A stretch of DNA of 64,000 nt from the human T2T-CHM13v2.0 reference genome, Homo sapiens, in assembly GCF_009914755.1 (NCBI RefSeq), contig NC_060931.1; one strand, written 5' to 3'. Every line of letters starts with the position of its first letter. The stretch's first letter is position 1. Made by a program: the position numbers and the translations under genes. This document shows, in pieces, positions 1 to 19,662 of the stretch. Under the pieces are notes generated by a model that made no database searches, was not told the origin of the DNA, and saw only the letters and a list, made by a program, of their open reading frames with translations.

Positions 1-1450
1 TATTGTTGCAAGAACAGACAAATAGACCAAAGGAACAGAATACAGCGCAGGAAAAGAGTCACACAAATGTAGTCAACTGATCTTTAGCAAAAGAGAAAAA
101 AGTAATACAATGGGGAGAAGATAATTTTTTTCAACAAATAGTGCTGGAACTAGAAATCCACATGCAAAAAAAAGAATCTAAACGAACACCTTATATCTCT
201 CCCAAAAATTAACTCTAACTGGATTACAAAATTAAATGTAAAAGGCAAAACTGTAAGAGTTCTAGACGATAACACAGGAGAAAGTCTAGATGACCCTGGA
301 TTTGGAAATAACTTTTTAGATAGCAAACCAAAGGCATGACCCATGAGAGAAAAATTTAGTAAGTATTAAACATTTTTGCTCTGCAGAAGACACTGCCAAG
401 AGATGAAAAGACAAGCTACAGACTGGGAGAAAATATTTGCAAAAGACGTATCTCATAAAGGACTCCAAAATATACAAAGAACTCTTAAATCTCAACAATA
501 AGAAAATGAACAACCCAATTAAAAATGGGCCAAAGACCATAACAGACATCTCTTCAAAGATATATGAATGGCAAATAAGCATATGAAAAAATGTTCCACA
601 TCACCTGTCATCAGGGGAATGCAAAATGAAACAACAGTGACAGAAACTCTCATCCATTGCTCATGGGAATACAAAATGGTACAGCCACTTTGGAAGACAG
701 TTTGGCAGTTTCTTAAAAAACTAAACAATACTCTTATGAAACTACCCAGCAACTACATTCTTTGGTGTTTACTCCAAGGAGCTGAAAATTTATATTCAAA
801 CACAAACTTGCACACAGATGTTTATAACAGCTGTGTTCAAAAATTGCCAAAACTTGGAAGAAACCAGGATGTCCTTCAGTAGGTGAATAAACTGTGGTAC
901 ATCCAGACAATGGAATATTGTTTAGCTCTAAAAAGAGATGAACTATCCATGTGAAAACACATGGAAGGAACCTTAAATGCATATTGCTAAGTGAAAGAAG
1001 CAAATCTGAAAAGGCTACATACGGTATGATTCCAACTATATGACATTCTGGAAAAGGCAAAGCTACGCAGACAGTAAAAGATCCATCCATGGTTGCCAGG
1101 GATGAGGGAGGGAGAGATAAACAGGCAGAGTACAGGAGATTCTTAGGGCAGTGAAACTACCCCATATGACACTGTAATGGTGGATACATGTCACTATACA
1201 TTTGTCCACACCCACAGAATGTACAACCACAACAATGAACCCTAATGTAAAATACAGACTGTGGCTGATAATGATGGATCCGTGTAGGTTCATCAGTTAT
1301 AATAAATGTGCCACTCTTGTGGGTGATGTTGATAAGGAGGTAATGTATGCATGCATGGAATAGGGGGGATATGGAAAATCTCTGGACCCTCTGCTCAATT
1401 TTGTTTTGAGTCTAAAACTGCTCTAAAATATAAAGTCCATTAAAAAAAAA
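1..1450 (+). mobile_element. Old L1 (L1M, L1MC-like): ORF2 3' end and 3'UTR
   Basis: Degenerate ORF2 C-terminal motifs ([28 protein letters not shown]), L1 3'UTR, A-run at about 1442. Confidence 0.85.
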
Positions 1451-1709
1451 TCCAGACCCCCTACCTTATGCAATACCCCAAATTAATCTCAGATGATTCA
1501 CAGACCAAATTGAAAAATAATAATAACAACATTTCTGAAAGAGGAAAACATAAGAAACTATCTTCATGACCTTGGGGTGGGCAAAGATTTCACAAATAGG
1601 ACAGGAAAAGCACTAAACATATGCTTTTTTAAAAGTGATAAACTAGACTTTGTTAAAATGAGGAGCTCTGTTTATCAAGCAATATTAAGAGTTTAAACTG
1701 GCAAAGACA

Positions 1710-2010
<301 letters not shown>

Positions 2011-2202
2011 CTGGTAAAGACAGACTGGGAGAAGATATATTCAGTACCTGTATCTGGACTTGTATTCAGAACCACTATTACTTGCAAAATCATGGAGGAA
2101 TCTCTGAACACTATGTTGAATGTTATTATAATATTATAATTGAGTTATTATATTATAATGTTGAGAAATCAGACACAAAGGCATAAACAATCGTTTCATT
2201 TA

Positions 2203-2596
<394 letters not shown>

Positions 2597-5292
2597 AATA
2601 ACATATATATAGTTGCAAAAATATGTACAACATGATTTCAATTTTATAAGTGAAATATAGACACATATGTATGAACATGCATAAAAACTGTAGAAGATGT
2701 AATACAATATAGTAACTGTTTACCTTTGAATTCTGGTAAAGTATGAGTCATTTTCTTCAATATTTATTTTCTAAATGTAAAGTTTTTAGCAGATATGCTA
2801 TGCAATTCTTTAAGCTGATGAAAGGAAATGCCTTTGACTTCTTTATTATTGATACTCTTGGTTCAAAAGGTCAGTATTCATTACATTCAGATCTATTATT
2901 TGCTCTCCCCATTTCCATCTTTCCCATTCATCCCTCCATACAATGGCTTCCACACAAAACACTGCACCATACTTTCTTTTTGACATAGTAATTAAAGACC
3001 AACTGGTAAAGCTGTTTTCTTTTTTGTCGTACCTTTACTTGGTAATCTTTCTGGAAACTCACTGTTTCCTTGAGTTGCATGGAATTGAACCAATATCTTT
3101 ATCAAATTCTTCCCAGACTCACTCTCTATGTGCTTCACGTTGAAAGCTTCAACACTTTTGTTCCCGCAGGCTCCCTCTTTGCCTTCTTTAGGCACTTCTT
3201 GGGTCATCCCATCTGCTTACTTGCCTTTAACTACAATCCGTTGCTAAAGAGATGACTTTCCGATCTACCCCGGTATTCCTTCCCCAATGTTCTCCTGAGT
3301 CTCCAAACCCATAGAAGCTATTATCCACTAGACATTACCTGATGCCTCAACACGAACTTAAGATGCAATACACTTACATTTCTCTAAAACGATATTAGGT
3401 AAAAGGTCTGGAGGGAACCAGTTTACTAAGGAGTTAGCCAGCTTGCAGACACTGGCTTTAGACAACACATTTGCACAAATCAAGCACAGCAGTCTTGTCT
3501 GATTTCAGAAGTGGCTGAAAGCAGGATAACATTTTAGCTAAGCAGAGCAGGGTAAAATGGCATTAAATCCAAGCTGAATGGAATCAGCCCTGGGGGATCT
3601 ATGCCTGTGGATAGGGGTCCCACGGTTTACATGAAAGTTAAAGCCTTCAAAAAAGTGGTAGGAAACAGATATCCAGATTAGCCAGATGGGTTAAGGCTCA
3701 AGAATAGACTTTGGCACCGATGATGAGAGGTGGAAATAAACCAAATAGGTCAATAAGAAGGGAAACTTGTCAGAACCATGAAACGGAGACGAGCTCATCC
3801 TAAAGGAAAGGAAAGAAGAAGATATATTTCATCGACTACAAGAAACTCTAGGATAAAGGCCATGCCATGATTTAATGTATCATTATCTTATTTTTCTCCT
3901 TTGTGAAAGTCTCAATGCCACCAATTAAATGCAACATGTCATTTCTGGCTGCATTCAATTTTCAAAATGTTCAAAAGTGACAAAATGTGCATGCTGCAAC
4001 TTGGGAGTAGCTGAGACTTTGTCCTCAGTGTGCTAAGGACAGAAAATGTGACTGTCAGGCCTCTAGGATGGGAAGGATGCTGGGACATCACACACTCCTG
4101 CTGCTCCCTACTACTGGCCAACAAGCAGGAAACTGAGCAGGATGAATGACTACACTGTCTTTAACATGACAATCATAGAGAAGTGTAATGACAAGGAAAA
4201 ATACTTATGACACGATGTTAAACAAAAACAAAAGTAACATATAAGATGGAATTAAATTTGCAAAAAAGCATGCCCTCCCCCAGTGGATTAAGTAGAAGTA
4301 CTTCAAATGTTAATTACTGTGTTAAGGTCCTGGAATTATAGGTATTTCTTTCCTTGCTTCTTTGTATTTCTCTTTACTTCCCCCAAATTTCCATAAGCAG
4401 CACATAATATTTTTATAATCTGATATAAGGTCAAATGTGAAATGTTTGTTTTTTAATTTGCAAATTGTGGGCCACACACATAAATTGGTTTATTTAAATA
4501 TTAGATAGAGGGCTATCTCATTAATGTACAATAAGCCCTTCGTAACAATGGAACAACCATTATTCAAATAATGATGTCAGGTCAGAGTATCCTAACATCT
4601 GTAGAGAGAGGGCCAATGGTCATTGTTAAGGTGCAATGCAAGAAATTATGTTGGTCATTTTTCTTTTTTAAATATGAGGTTTCAAGAATGTTAATGCTAT
4701 TACTTAAACAGAGAAAAGAATTAAATAGTTCAGTTTACTACTGGATCTTGACCTTGGCATAATCATAGTTCAGCAGAAACACATCTGGTCACATTGCTGA
4801 TAAAAGTTTACTGCTAAAAGCTGGCAGTGTTTTCTTGTATAAGATATATTTCTCTTTTTTTAAAAAAAAGGACTGTTTGACAAGTAGCTATCGTGGACGG
4901 AAATTGAAGCTAACACATTTTTTACTCTGGTATCTTGATGGAAGTGGTTTTTAGCCCACATACTCAAGTACCAATATATTTCTCTCCTCATATTGAAAAG
5001 GAACATTTTGACAAAGGATAAAGATCTGGAAATGTAAACACTGTACTTGCCAAGAGTTAAAAACAAAATATGCTACCTTCTTCTTTGGGTAGTACTAGAT
5101 CAGAAATAGGCTGAAAATCTTGGGACAAATCAAAATTTTTTGTTTATAAAGTTTAAGAAATTCTCTTCAAATGCCTTTCCTTGCTCAGGCATAGTAAAAG
5201 TCTAATCAAATAACAGAAGATAACAGTATGGATGTTCTAATTAAAATATCTGAAATAACACTCTTATTTATAGTAATCTGGTATCATTTGAG

Positions 5293-5631
<339 letters not shown>

Positions 5632-6480
5632 TGACCCTAGCTAACCCATATAACTACAAAATATATGTTTTAAGTGCTAAACAACAGTAAAACAAATCTT
5701 TCTTAATAGCATCTACTATGTCTTATAAGATCAGACATTCAGAAGGAAGTAACAGCTTGAGTCAATTTAAAGGAAAAGTTTTAAGAGCAGCATCCTGCCA
5801 CACATCTTCTCTCACAAGGCAACAAAAACAATGCCAAGAACGAGAAACAACAACTCTAATTGCTACAAAATGCTCAGAAAGTCACTGCCCTAATGTGTGG
5901 GCAGTTTAAATTGCCCAAAGAAACATTCCAACAAGAATTACATAGAGACAATAATGACTTCTATTTAAGATGCTCCTGGGTTGAAATTATTTTCTAACTT
6001 TAAGTTACTGCATTACTGTCATGAGCAAACCCAGAGTGATTACAATTGAATTCATCACCCAAAGGCCAGTGACTTCAAGGTAAGAATTCAGTTTTTGGAA
6101 CATTTTGACCAAAGACAGGAAGTAAACTATTAAGCTATTGTGTTAATGTTTCCTTGTCATTTTCCATACTCAAAGAACACAGCCTAGATAACAATGTCAG
6201 ATGGGCCTGACTTTGCAAGCTCCTGCTGTTTACTCCCATTTAAATCCATTCTAATTTTTATGCTATGTAAATCCAAGACCGCTTAGAAACTAAAGAGGCC
6301 TTTTTGCATTTCTTAAATAACATCAGTATTAATAACCAAAGAAGGCATGGATTTAACTTCCCGGGCATAAAACAGCAAAAGAAACCCACAAAGACTTAAT
6401 CGGCTGGACAACTGGTAAAACACATATAGTACTTTACAAATCTCTGTTGAGTTTCCACCCATTCATTCTTTTAAGAAACA

Positions 6481-7080
6481 GGCTGGGTGCAGTGGCTCAC
6501 ACCTGTAATCCCAGCACTTTGGGAGGTTGAGGCAGGCGGATCACTTGAGGTCAGGAGTTTGAGACCAGCCTGGCCAACATGGTGAAACCCCATCTCTACT
6601 AAAAATACAAAAACTAGCCGGGCATGGTGGTACGCACCTGTAATCCTAGCTACTGGGGAGTCTGAGGCATGAGAATCACTTGAACCCGGGAGGTAGATGT
6701 TGCAGTGAGCCAAGATCACGCCACCACACACCAGCCTAGGCAACAGAAAGAGACTCCATCTCAAAAAAAAAAAAAAAAAAAAAAGAAGAAAGAAATAAAA
6801 AAAGAAACATTTATCAGGACTGGAGCAGTGGCTCATGCCTATAATCCCAACACTTCCAAGGCAGGAAGATTGCCTGAGGCCAGGAGTTTGAGACTGTCTC
6901 TACAAAAAAAAAATCAAAAAATTAACTAGGCATGGCAGCATGTGCCTGTGGTCCCAGTACTTGGGAGGCTGAGGCAGGAGGATCATTTGGGCCCAGGAGT
7001 TGGAGGCTCCAGTGAGCTATGATGGTGCCACTGTGTTCTAGCTTTGGTGACAGAGCAAGACCCAGTCTCCAAGAAAAAAA
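6481..7080 (+). mobile_element. Two tandem Alus (6481-6800 AluS-like; 6818-7080 AluJ-like with internal deletion)
   Basis: Alu consensus and poly(A) tails. Confidence 0.93.
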
Positions 7081-7964
7081 TGGAAGCATTTATCAAATAC
7101 CTTAAAGTGTACTATGCTAGACATTGTGCAGAATTCAGACATAAGGAAGGAATCCAGCTCAGGAGAGAGCAGCTAAGACAAAACAGAAGAAAAACAGTGT
7201 TTTTTAATAGATATAAAACTTAGGAAGGGAAAAAGGGGCAGCTAATTGTAATCAGAAAAGACTTTGCAGTAGTGGTAATCACAAAACTGGGTCCAGGAGG
7301 TGCACAGAATTTCTACAAGTCAAAGAATGGAAAGAAAGAACATTCCTTCCAAAATCTGGGGAGACAGTAACCGAAGACTCAGAAGGGAGAAGATGGTGGG
7401 CACGTGTGCAGAAATGGCAACGTAAGCAGGGAAGCATGGCCCTCCTGGGGAATAAGGTGAAAAATGAGCCAGGAAATGTACATCGAGGCCAGACAGTGAT
7501 GGGTTAGGAATGTCAAAGTAAGCGCTGGGCACAGGAGAGAAAGGCAAGTTTTCTGGGACAGTGACTCCCATATCTGGCTGCATACCAAATGACGCCTGGG
7601 ATGTCTAACAAGCAGATCTCAGATGCCATGAGGACCAGGAAACTGTCATTTTTTTAAGCTCCTGGGGTGATTCTCATTATCAGTCAGATGTCAAGAAGGC
7701 ACAAAGAACGCTTAGAAAAGTGACAGAAAGGAAGCAAGGAAGGAAAGAAGGAGGATTAATGGAAAAGCAGAACCAGATGATTACTTTAGGTGAAAAAGAA
7801 AAGGAAGGTAAGTATGCCATATGAAAACACACAAGAAAGGCCAAATGTTTGCAGAAAATGACATTCAATGTGAACATTCTGAGGCTATTGATGGCTTAGG
7901 AAATTTGGTTCTAGAAATTCAGGAAAATTAACTTTATATTTAAACGTATACTATTTGCAGACAT

Positions 7965-8903
<939 letters not shown>

Positions 8904-9243
8904 GGGTTGGGTATCTATGGGGAATTGGTTCTAGGACCAATTGTTATTAATTAACTTTGGGAGTATATATACCCCTCTCCTTAAATGAATGAAAGGCAAA
9001 TGATACATACAAAGCATTGTGCTACAAACTTAAGAAGAACTCAATAATTATTTAACAAATAGTAAATGTTCAAAATTCCTTGAAGAAGTCTCTAAAAAGT
9101 TGAACGCTATATTTCATCTTTTTTTATTTTAAAGAGAAAAGAGGAAAAAGTACCTCTGTTCTTTTCTTCCATCTTTCTTTCTTCTTAACTTCAGTACACA
9201 CCTGAGGGTTGTTTATTTATTTTTAAGATGTCATAATTCTTAC

Positions 9244-9379
9244 CTTGACTGCCAAGGCTTTTAAACTGTCAAGGAATTGCTGCCAGAAATCCTTGAAGAG
9301 TGGGCGGTCGATTTTCTTCAGGCTGTCTTTGGTACTGGCATCCACACTGACATACAGCTGAGTAACTGGCTCGAGGTTC
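9244..9379 (-). CDS. TYW1B: TYW1B coding exon D (136 nt)
   Basis: Acceptor ...attactaag|G AAC CTC; donor GTC AAG|gtaaga; translates NLEPVTQLYVSVDASTKDSLKKIDRPLFKDFWQQFLDSLKALAVK. Confidence 0.96.
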
Positions 9380-9961
9380 CTTAGTAATTTTTTTTTTTAA
9401 AGGAAGAAAGAAAAATTATTCCTCTATCAGGCTTTCCATGATATAAAACCTGTAATAGACATGGGTATTAAACACTTCACAGGGTCTAGAGACTTCCACT
9501 TCCCCCAAAAGACTGAACTAATGATTTTAATCATGTGACAAAATGGGACGGCCTCTGGTTGTTTTTTAAATGACTGGAAACCATCCCTAATACATTGAAA
9601 ATATTGAATTACTTAAAATTGGCCCTTCTTCAAATACTAAGTTTGAATGGAAAATAAACAAAATGTGATCTAACTTCAGGTATGACAGCATCAGCCCAGC
9701 ACAATTAGAGGGGCTCTCTGATCTAACTTTCCCACCCACACACTCTGCCGACCACATGGGGTCTGTGCTGCTGGGCCACCTCCCTCCATCAATCACTGAC
9801 GGAAGTCTTCTAAGGAACAAGAAACAATCCCAAAAGCTCAGGCCTTATTCAAAGGACGCTGAGTCACACCTATGCTTCCATAAGCAGGACTGGGTTTCAT
9901 GTCAAGCCTTGGGTGGGCAAACAATGATCCATCTGGGGAACTTTATGTAGTGCAGACCTAA

Positions 9962-10803
<842 letters not shown>

Positions 10804-11812
10804 TAGACTGTACTTTTTCTAAAGCCTCTCCCCTTCTCTCTTCAAATAGGTCTCATAATTCAATCTCTTCAGTAAATTTAGAACTAGAAAAAACAAATTC
10901 CCCCTTAATCATCTTCTGATCAAATTCTCCCAATATTCTTTTTCTATAAGGATTCCACAATTTATTCCACATTTCCACCTAGAAGTTTTATGCATTTTTT
11001 GTTTCAAAGTCCATGCATTTTTAAAAAATGAAAATATCATTCACATTCCATACAATTCACCACTTTAAAATGGTTTATGTGCTTTATATACGTATCAGTA
11101 GCAGCCTTATCAATCTTTGAGTGTAAGATCTTGAAGAGCAAGAATCCTGTTTTTCTTTTTATCCAGCCACACAGGCAGATATTAAAGCTACTTTTTAGGA
11201 GATATTGTTGATTTCAGCAGACAGAATTTTTAAGGGAATATAGGCCAAACAGATGCTTGCAATGATGTGGCTTAGTGATATATAGAAAAATCACAAGTGT
11301 CTAGACTTCTGTTCACTTCTGTTAAAAGTGGAGAGGCTCTGACCAAATGTAGGACAGAGGTGATTAAGATCCTGGCAGGCTCTCATTGCTTTAATGCCTC
11401 TGCAATACCGATGTACTAAGGGGATCCTTTGAAGTTCAGGTAATGTGTCACTACTGAGCAAAGCACGTTAATTACTGAAAATGTAAAACAAAAGCATCAG
11501 TAATAACAGCATTCTGTCTCATCACCCCTTTGCTGAGTGCCTCTTTAATAAAAGACAAGCTATGCTTCCTTAACTGGATTTCTACTTAAAAAAAAAAAAG
11601 GACTGTCTTAATGGTTACTGCTGGCTATCATCATCTGATAACTAACAGGACTTTGTCAAAAGCTTCCTGATGCAAAATGAGAACTGCCCTGACCTTTTCA
11701 CTATGCTTCCATAACTACTTAAGATTATGAACAGTACATTCCAAAGGCCATACTCCTTTTACAAACCTCTATCATTTACAAAATAGGAAGCCCTGGACAC
11801 TGATACTACTAC

Positions 11813-11921
11813 TAAGGAATTCTAGCCAATACTAGATGTCTGAGATGCTACACCCAAGGAAGTCCAATAAGGAATTCTAGTCAATACCAGATGTCTGAGA
11901 TGCTGCACTCAAGGAAGTCTA
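11813..11921. repeat. 55-bp tandem duplication (2 copies)
   Basis: taaggaattctag(c/t)caatac(t/c)agatgtctgagatgct(a/g)cac(c/t)caaggaagtc at 11813 and 11868. Confidence 0.92.
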
Positions 11922-12734
11922 CAGATCTCTCGTCAAGGAGCAGAGGAAGAATGGAGAAGAGGAAAAGGTCCCCAGGAATTACAGAGCTCATTTCTAAGGG
12001 GCTCAAAATTAGCAAAGAGACTTTTGGAGATGTTTTCTGAGCTTTAGGGATCTTATTTCTGCCTCACACTGGTCTCTATTCACCCAGAAGAGATAATGAG
12101 GCTCCCAGTAGAGTCACTTATCTGTCTCTATTCTATACAGGATAACAAATGTTCCCAAAAAGCAAAAAAGTCTTACATCATCAAAATCACCATAATAATT
12201 CCTGTATCTGAGAATCTCACAGCACTGCTGGGAGTAATTAAAAAGGATATCCTCTGCTCTCCCAAAAAAAGACAATATTTAAGATAGACAACCTTAAGCC
12301 CAATCCTCTGTACAAATGCCCCAGGATTCTTGATGTGAGTACTGTAAGGACCCTTCATCTTAATTTTAAATCTCTGAGTGAAGAATTATCATATATAAAA
12401 ATGTGCTGATGAACATAAAAATCCCTCTCCCATGTTGCCTTTCTGTAGAGATTATCAGGCCTCTTTCTACCTTCCAAGGCTCAGAAGGTAGAATGAGGCC
12501 TGACATATCTGCAGGAAAAAAAAGGAGAGAGATTTATGTTTGTAAGAAATTCAAGTAAACAGTGACTTTGAAGCTCCTCCTTGGGATAAAAAAAAATAAG
12601 CAGAGTGACCCAAACAAGCAATGATATTAAAACCTAAATCTCTAAGACAATCTGGGGCTGTCAGAACAAGCCAAATAGCTCAGGAGGAAGAGAGGAGGAG
12701 GGTGAAAGAGAAGGAGAGAATTATTTACCACTCA

Positions 12735-13285
<551 letters not shown>

Positions 13286-13484
13286 TGATGGCAAAATCCA
13301 CAGTGTGGCTCAGTGTTCAAGTCACAGCGGTTACATGTAACAAACAGTATTCCATAAATGAAAAATCCAAGAGAATACGGATGATCTGTGAAATGCAGAT
13401 TCTGACTGCAAAGTCCTAACAGAAGCCAAAACAACAAGTCCTCAGGAAGAAATTCTGAACTTAATTCTCTTCAGGGGCTTATGC

Positions 13485-13990
13485 ACTTCATTCAACATTT
13501 ATTCAGGGATTACTACGAACTGGACACTGAGGCCAAGAGGCTCAGCCCTTAATATTTACATTCTGGAGGGAACAGAAGATGGATGAGAGTCCCACCACGC
13601 AGCGCCATGACTAAGGTGGGGAAAATGTAATGGGTATAAATGGAGGAGTGAGTTGATTTTGCTTGGCAAAATCATACAAAAGACGTAACAAGGTCAAAGT
13701 CAAAGCTGATCTCTGAAGGACACAGAGTTCATCAGGAAGAGAATGAGATCATTTCCAGGGATGTCCAAAGAAGAAATGCAAAGGCCCGCAGCTGTGAGAT
13801 GCAGCAGGATAAAGGAATCACAAACTATCCCCCCATGGCTCTAACATGGCAAATGGAATTGGGGGATGCCTGCAGCCAGGTCTCATGTCCTGCCAGGGTT
13901 AGGTTTGGCTTACTGAAGTTTTATGTAGCCAGTGACACAGTCAGATCAGTGCTGATGAAAGTCACGTGGCTCCAGTGTGATGGACGGATT
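13485..13990. mobile_element. L2 fragment
   Basis: ttcattcaacatttatt terminus followed by degenerate L2-like sequence. Confidence 0.5.
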
Positions 13991-14180
13991 AAAAAGCCAG
14001 CACAGTGCACCGTTCTGCATCTGGCTCCCCTGTGCCTCCCACTTATCACCAATCCAACAACCTCTTAACCACAATTTAAAAATCCAAAAAGCTCTAATAA
14101 CCGAAAGGTTGCTTTTCTAAGTTGGGAGACATACTTACCTCAAAGTAGAATCTGACTTACAAAGCTGTTTGTATTCTTAA

Positions 14181-14523
<343 letters not shown>

Positions 14524-14679
14524 TAGAACTAATTACATGTGTGTGGCTCTAGGGTGGTGGAGATATTCCATAAAATACAGTGGATAAACTGTATTGTCTT
14601 TCTAAAATTCTGAAACACTTTTGGGCACATGGGATAAGAGATTGTGAACTTGTAGAAATCATTCCATATCAATACATAA

Positions 14680-15003
<324 letters not shown>

Positions 15004-15315
15004 CTTTCTTTGATTTTCTAACAACTACAAAGAATGCACTTTGTGATTTCTCTTTGATATCCTGGTTATTTAACAGTGTGTTGTTTAATTTCCACATATT
15101 TGTGAATTTCCCAAATTCTAGTTTGTGAAGTTCTTGGTCAGTATTTGTTCAAATATTCTTTCTTCTCATTTCTCTCTCTCCTGTCCTTCTGGAATTCCCT
15201 TTATAAATATGTTGGCATGCCTGAAGGTGCCCCATGGGTCTCTGAGAGACTTCAGTGATAGTCTATTTGATGAGTCATCATTTTCATACTTTTGTTTCTT
15301 TGAAAATGTTTTTCT

Positions 15316-15768
<453 letters not shown>

Positions 15769-15792
15769 TCAGTTTCTTTAAACACTAGACAT

Positions 15793-16101
<309 letters not shown>

Positions 16102-16840
16102 TAAATATCATTAGTGGCAACTCCGGAAATCAGATACCTCTCAACCCAGGTTTGTTTGGTTTGGTTGGTTACTTTGGTTTTGGGCATATTGTTTCATTCA
16201 TTTCTTGGTTTTCTTTTTTGCTGTTTGTTGTGTTTATTTTTGCTGAAATAATTTTGTAAATCCGATATTCATTGTTGTGTTTGGCCACTGAAGTCTCTGT
16301 TTGGTTAGCTTAGTGGTCAGCTCGTTAATGGACAGAGATATCCTTAAATGCTTCCAACTGGTAAGCCTCCCAGCCTTTGTCAAGGGGCTCTGTGTTTTTG
16401 TTAGGGAATGTTCTCATCACCCAGGCAGGCAGTTTGCAACTCTGCCTTGGTTTTCGCTGCCTGCTTACTCGGTAAGAACCAAGAGCACAGGGCCTTCTCA
16501 AGTCTTCTCTGGCATGCCCACAGCCCTGATCGTGTGAGTGGGGTTGGAGATTCCCAGGAATACGATGGAGCTTTTCAAAGTCCCCTATGACATCTCATGG
16601 CCCAGCTTTTCCTTTTCCATTTATTGGTGAGCTTCTTGTTTGCCCTAGCTGTTAATGCCACTTGAGGCAGCTTTGTGAAGCTAAACAATTGTCTATAATT
16701 GTTTAGGAGAAACATCCAAAGGCTTTTTGCACCAGACAAACTTGAGTCACTTCAAATAAAGACAACCCCTGTGAGAGAAAGTTTCCAGGTTTGCCATACA
16801 AGTCATATATAATGACAATTTCCCAGGAATGAGACTTTGA

Positions 16841-17365
<525 letters not shown>

Positions 17366-17385
17366 TAAAAAAAAGTCGCTTGTGA

Positions 17386-17844
<459 letters not shown>

Positions 17845-18094
17845 TTATCAGTATATTTTCTATTTCCACTGTAACTTCTTTTTGACCCACAAGTAAATAA
17901 GACGTGTGTTGCTTAAATTCCAGAATATTCTAATTATCTCTTGGTATTGGTTTCTAGTTTAATTCCATTGTGTTCAGATATCATGCTCTATACAATTTCG
18001 ACCCTGTTTTGAAATGTCTATAATGTTCAGCAAATGGCCATTTGGTAATTTTTCTGTGAACAAGTTCTGTGCTCTTGAAAAGAATTTGTATTCA

Positions 18095-18413
18095 GACCAG
18101 ACGCGGTGGCTCATGCCTGTAATCCCAGCACTTTGGGAGGCCAAGGCGGGCATATCAGCTGAGGTCAGGAGTTCGAGACCAGCCTAGCCAACATGGTGAA
18201 ACCATGTTTCTCTCAGAAAATAAAAAAATTAGCTGGTGTGGTGGCGCGCGCCGGTAGTCCTAGCTACTGGGGATGGTGAGGTGGGAGAATCACTTGAATT
18301 CGAAAGGCAGAGGCTGCAGTGAGCCAAGATCTCACCACTGCACTCCAGGCTGGGTGACAGGGTGAGACCCTGTCTCAAAAAAAAAAAAAGAAAAGAAAAA
18401 GAAAAAAGAAAAA
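18095..18413 (+). mobile_element. Alu
   Basis: Full dimer. Confidence 0.95.
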
Positions 18414-18628
18414 ATCTGTATTCCAAAGTTTCTGGTTGGAATGCTCTATTTCTGTGATATAGGTTAAATTTGTTAACTCCATTGTTCAAATCTTCAATAC
18501 TCCTACTAATTTTATCAGTTTGAGAGAAATCAATTAAAAATCTACTACTGTTCCTCCCGCTTTGTAGTCTGTCATTCTTGAGACTATATTATTCAGTGTT
18601 AAAAATTTTGAGTTGTTATATGATTTTA

Positions 18629-19136
<508 letters not shown>

Positions 19137-19244
19137 TCAAGTAATGGGTTTTGCCTTAAAGTATATTTTGACCAACATTACTTAGCCTGCCTTGCCAAAG
19201 GTGAAACTTCCGTGTTTCATGTCTTATCTCACATACTCGCAATG

Positions 19245-19415
19245 CCACCATAAGGTAGTCATTATTATTATTATTATCATTTTACAAATGAGGAAAGTGG
19301 GCACTGAAAAGTTATCCTCCAACGTCAGAAAGACACCAGGAGATCCAGTCAAGATTGAAACCTAGATCTTTTCTAGCCCAGAGCCCAAGCTTTTTGCCAC
19401 CTCTCTGCACTTTCT
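19245..19415. mobile_element. MIR
   Basis: cattttacaaatgaggaaagtgggcactgaaaagtta core. Confidence 0.7.
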
Positions 19416-19543
19416 CTCTCTCTCTTTAGCCCATCCAGACATGCATGTTTCAGAGAAATATTCCATGAATTCAAAGACAGGAGAGAAAATTAGATTTTAA
19501 ACTTCATATGTTTAGTGCAAACAAGATAGGCTGGGGGGCGGGG

Positions 19544-19662
19544 AACTTCTATTGAAAGAATCAGGCCGTATTTACTTCTATTGAAAGAAACTTCTATTGA
19601 AAGACTCAGGCAGTATTTACCTCTATTGAAAGAAACTTCTATTGAAAGAATCAGGCAGTATT
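19544..19662. repeat. Minisatellite, 45-bp unit x about 2.6, with an internal ctattgaaag sub-repeat
   Basis: Units start at 19544, 19589 and 19634. Confidence 0.92.

Noticed and set aside
19544-19662. Repeat-spacer appearance reminiscent of CRISPR
   Set aside because: The spacers are themselves repeated, the context is a primate intron, and there are no cas genes; it is a minisatellite
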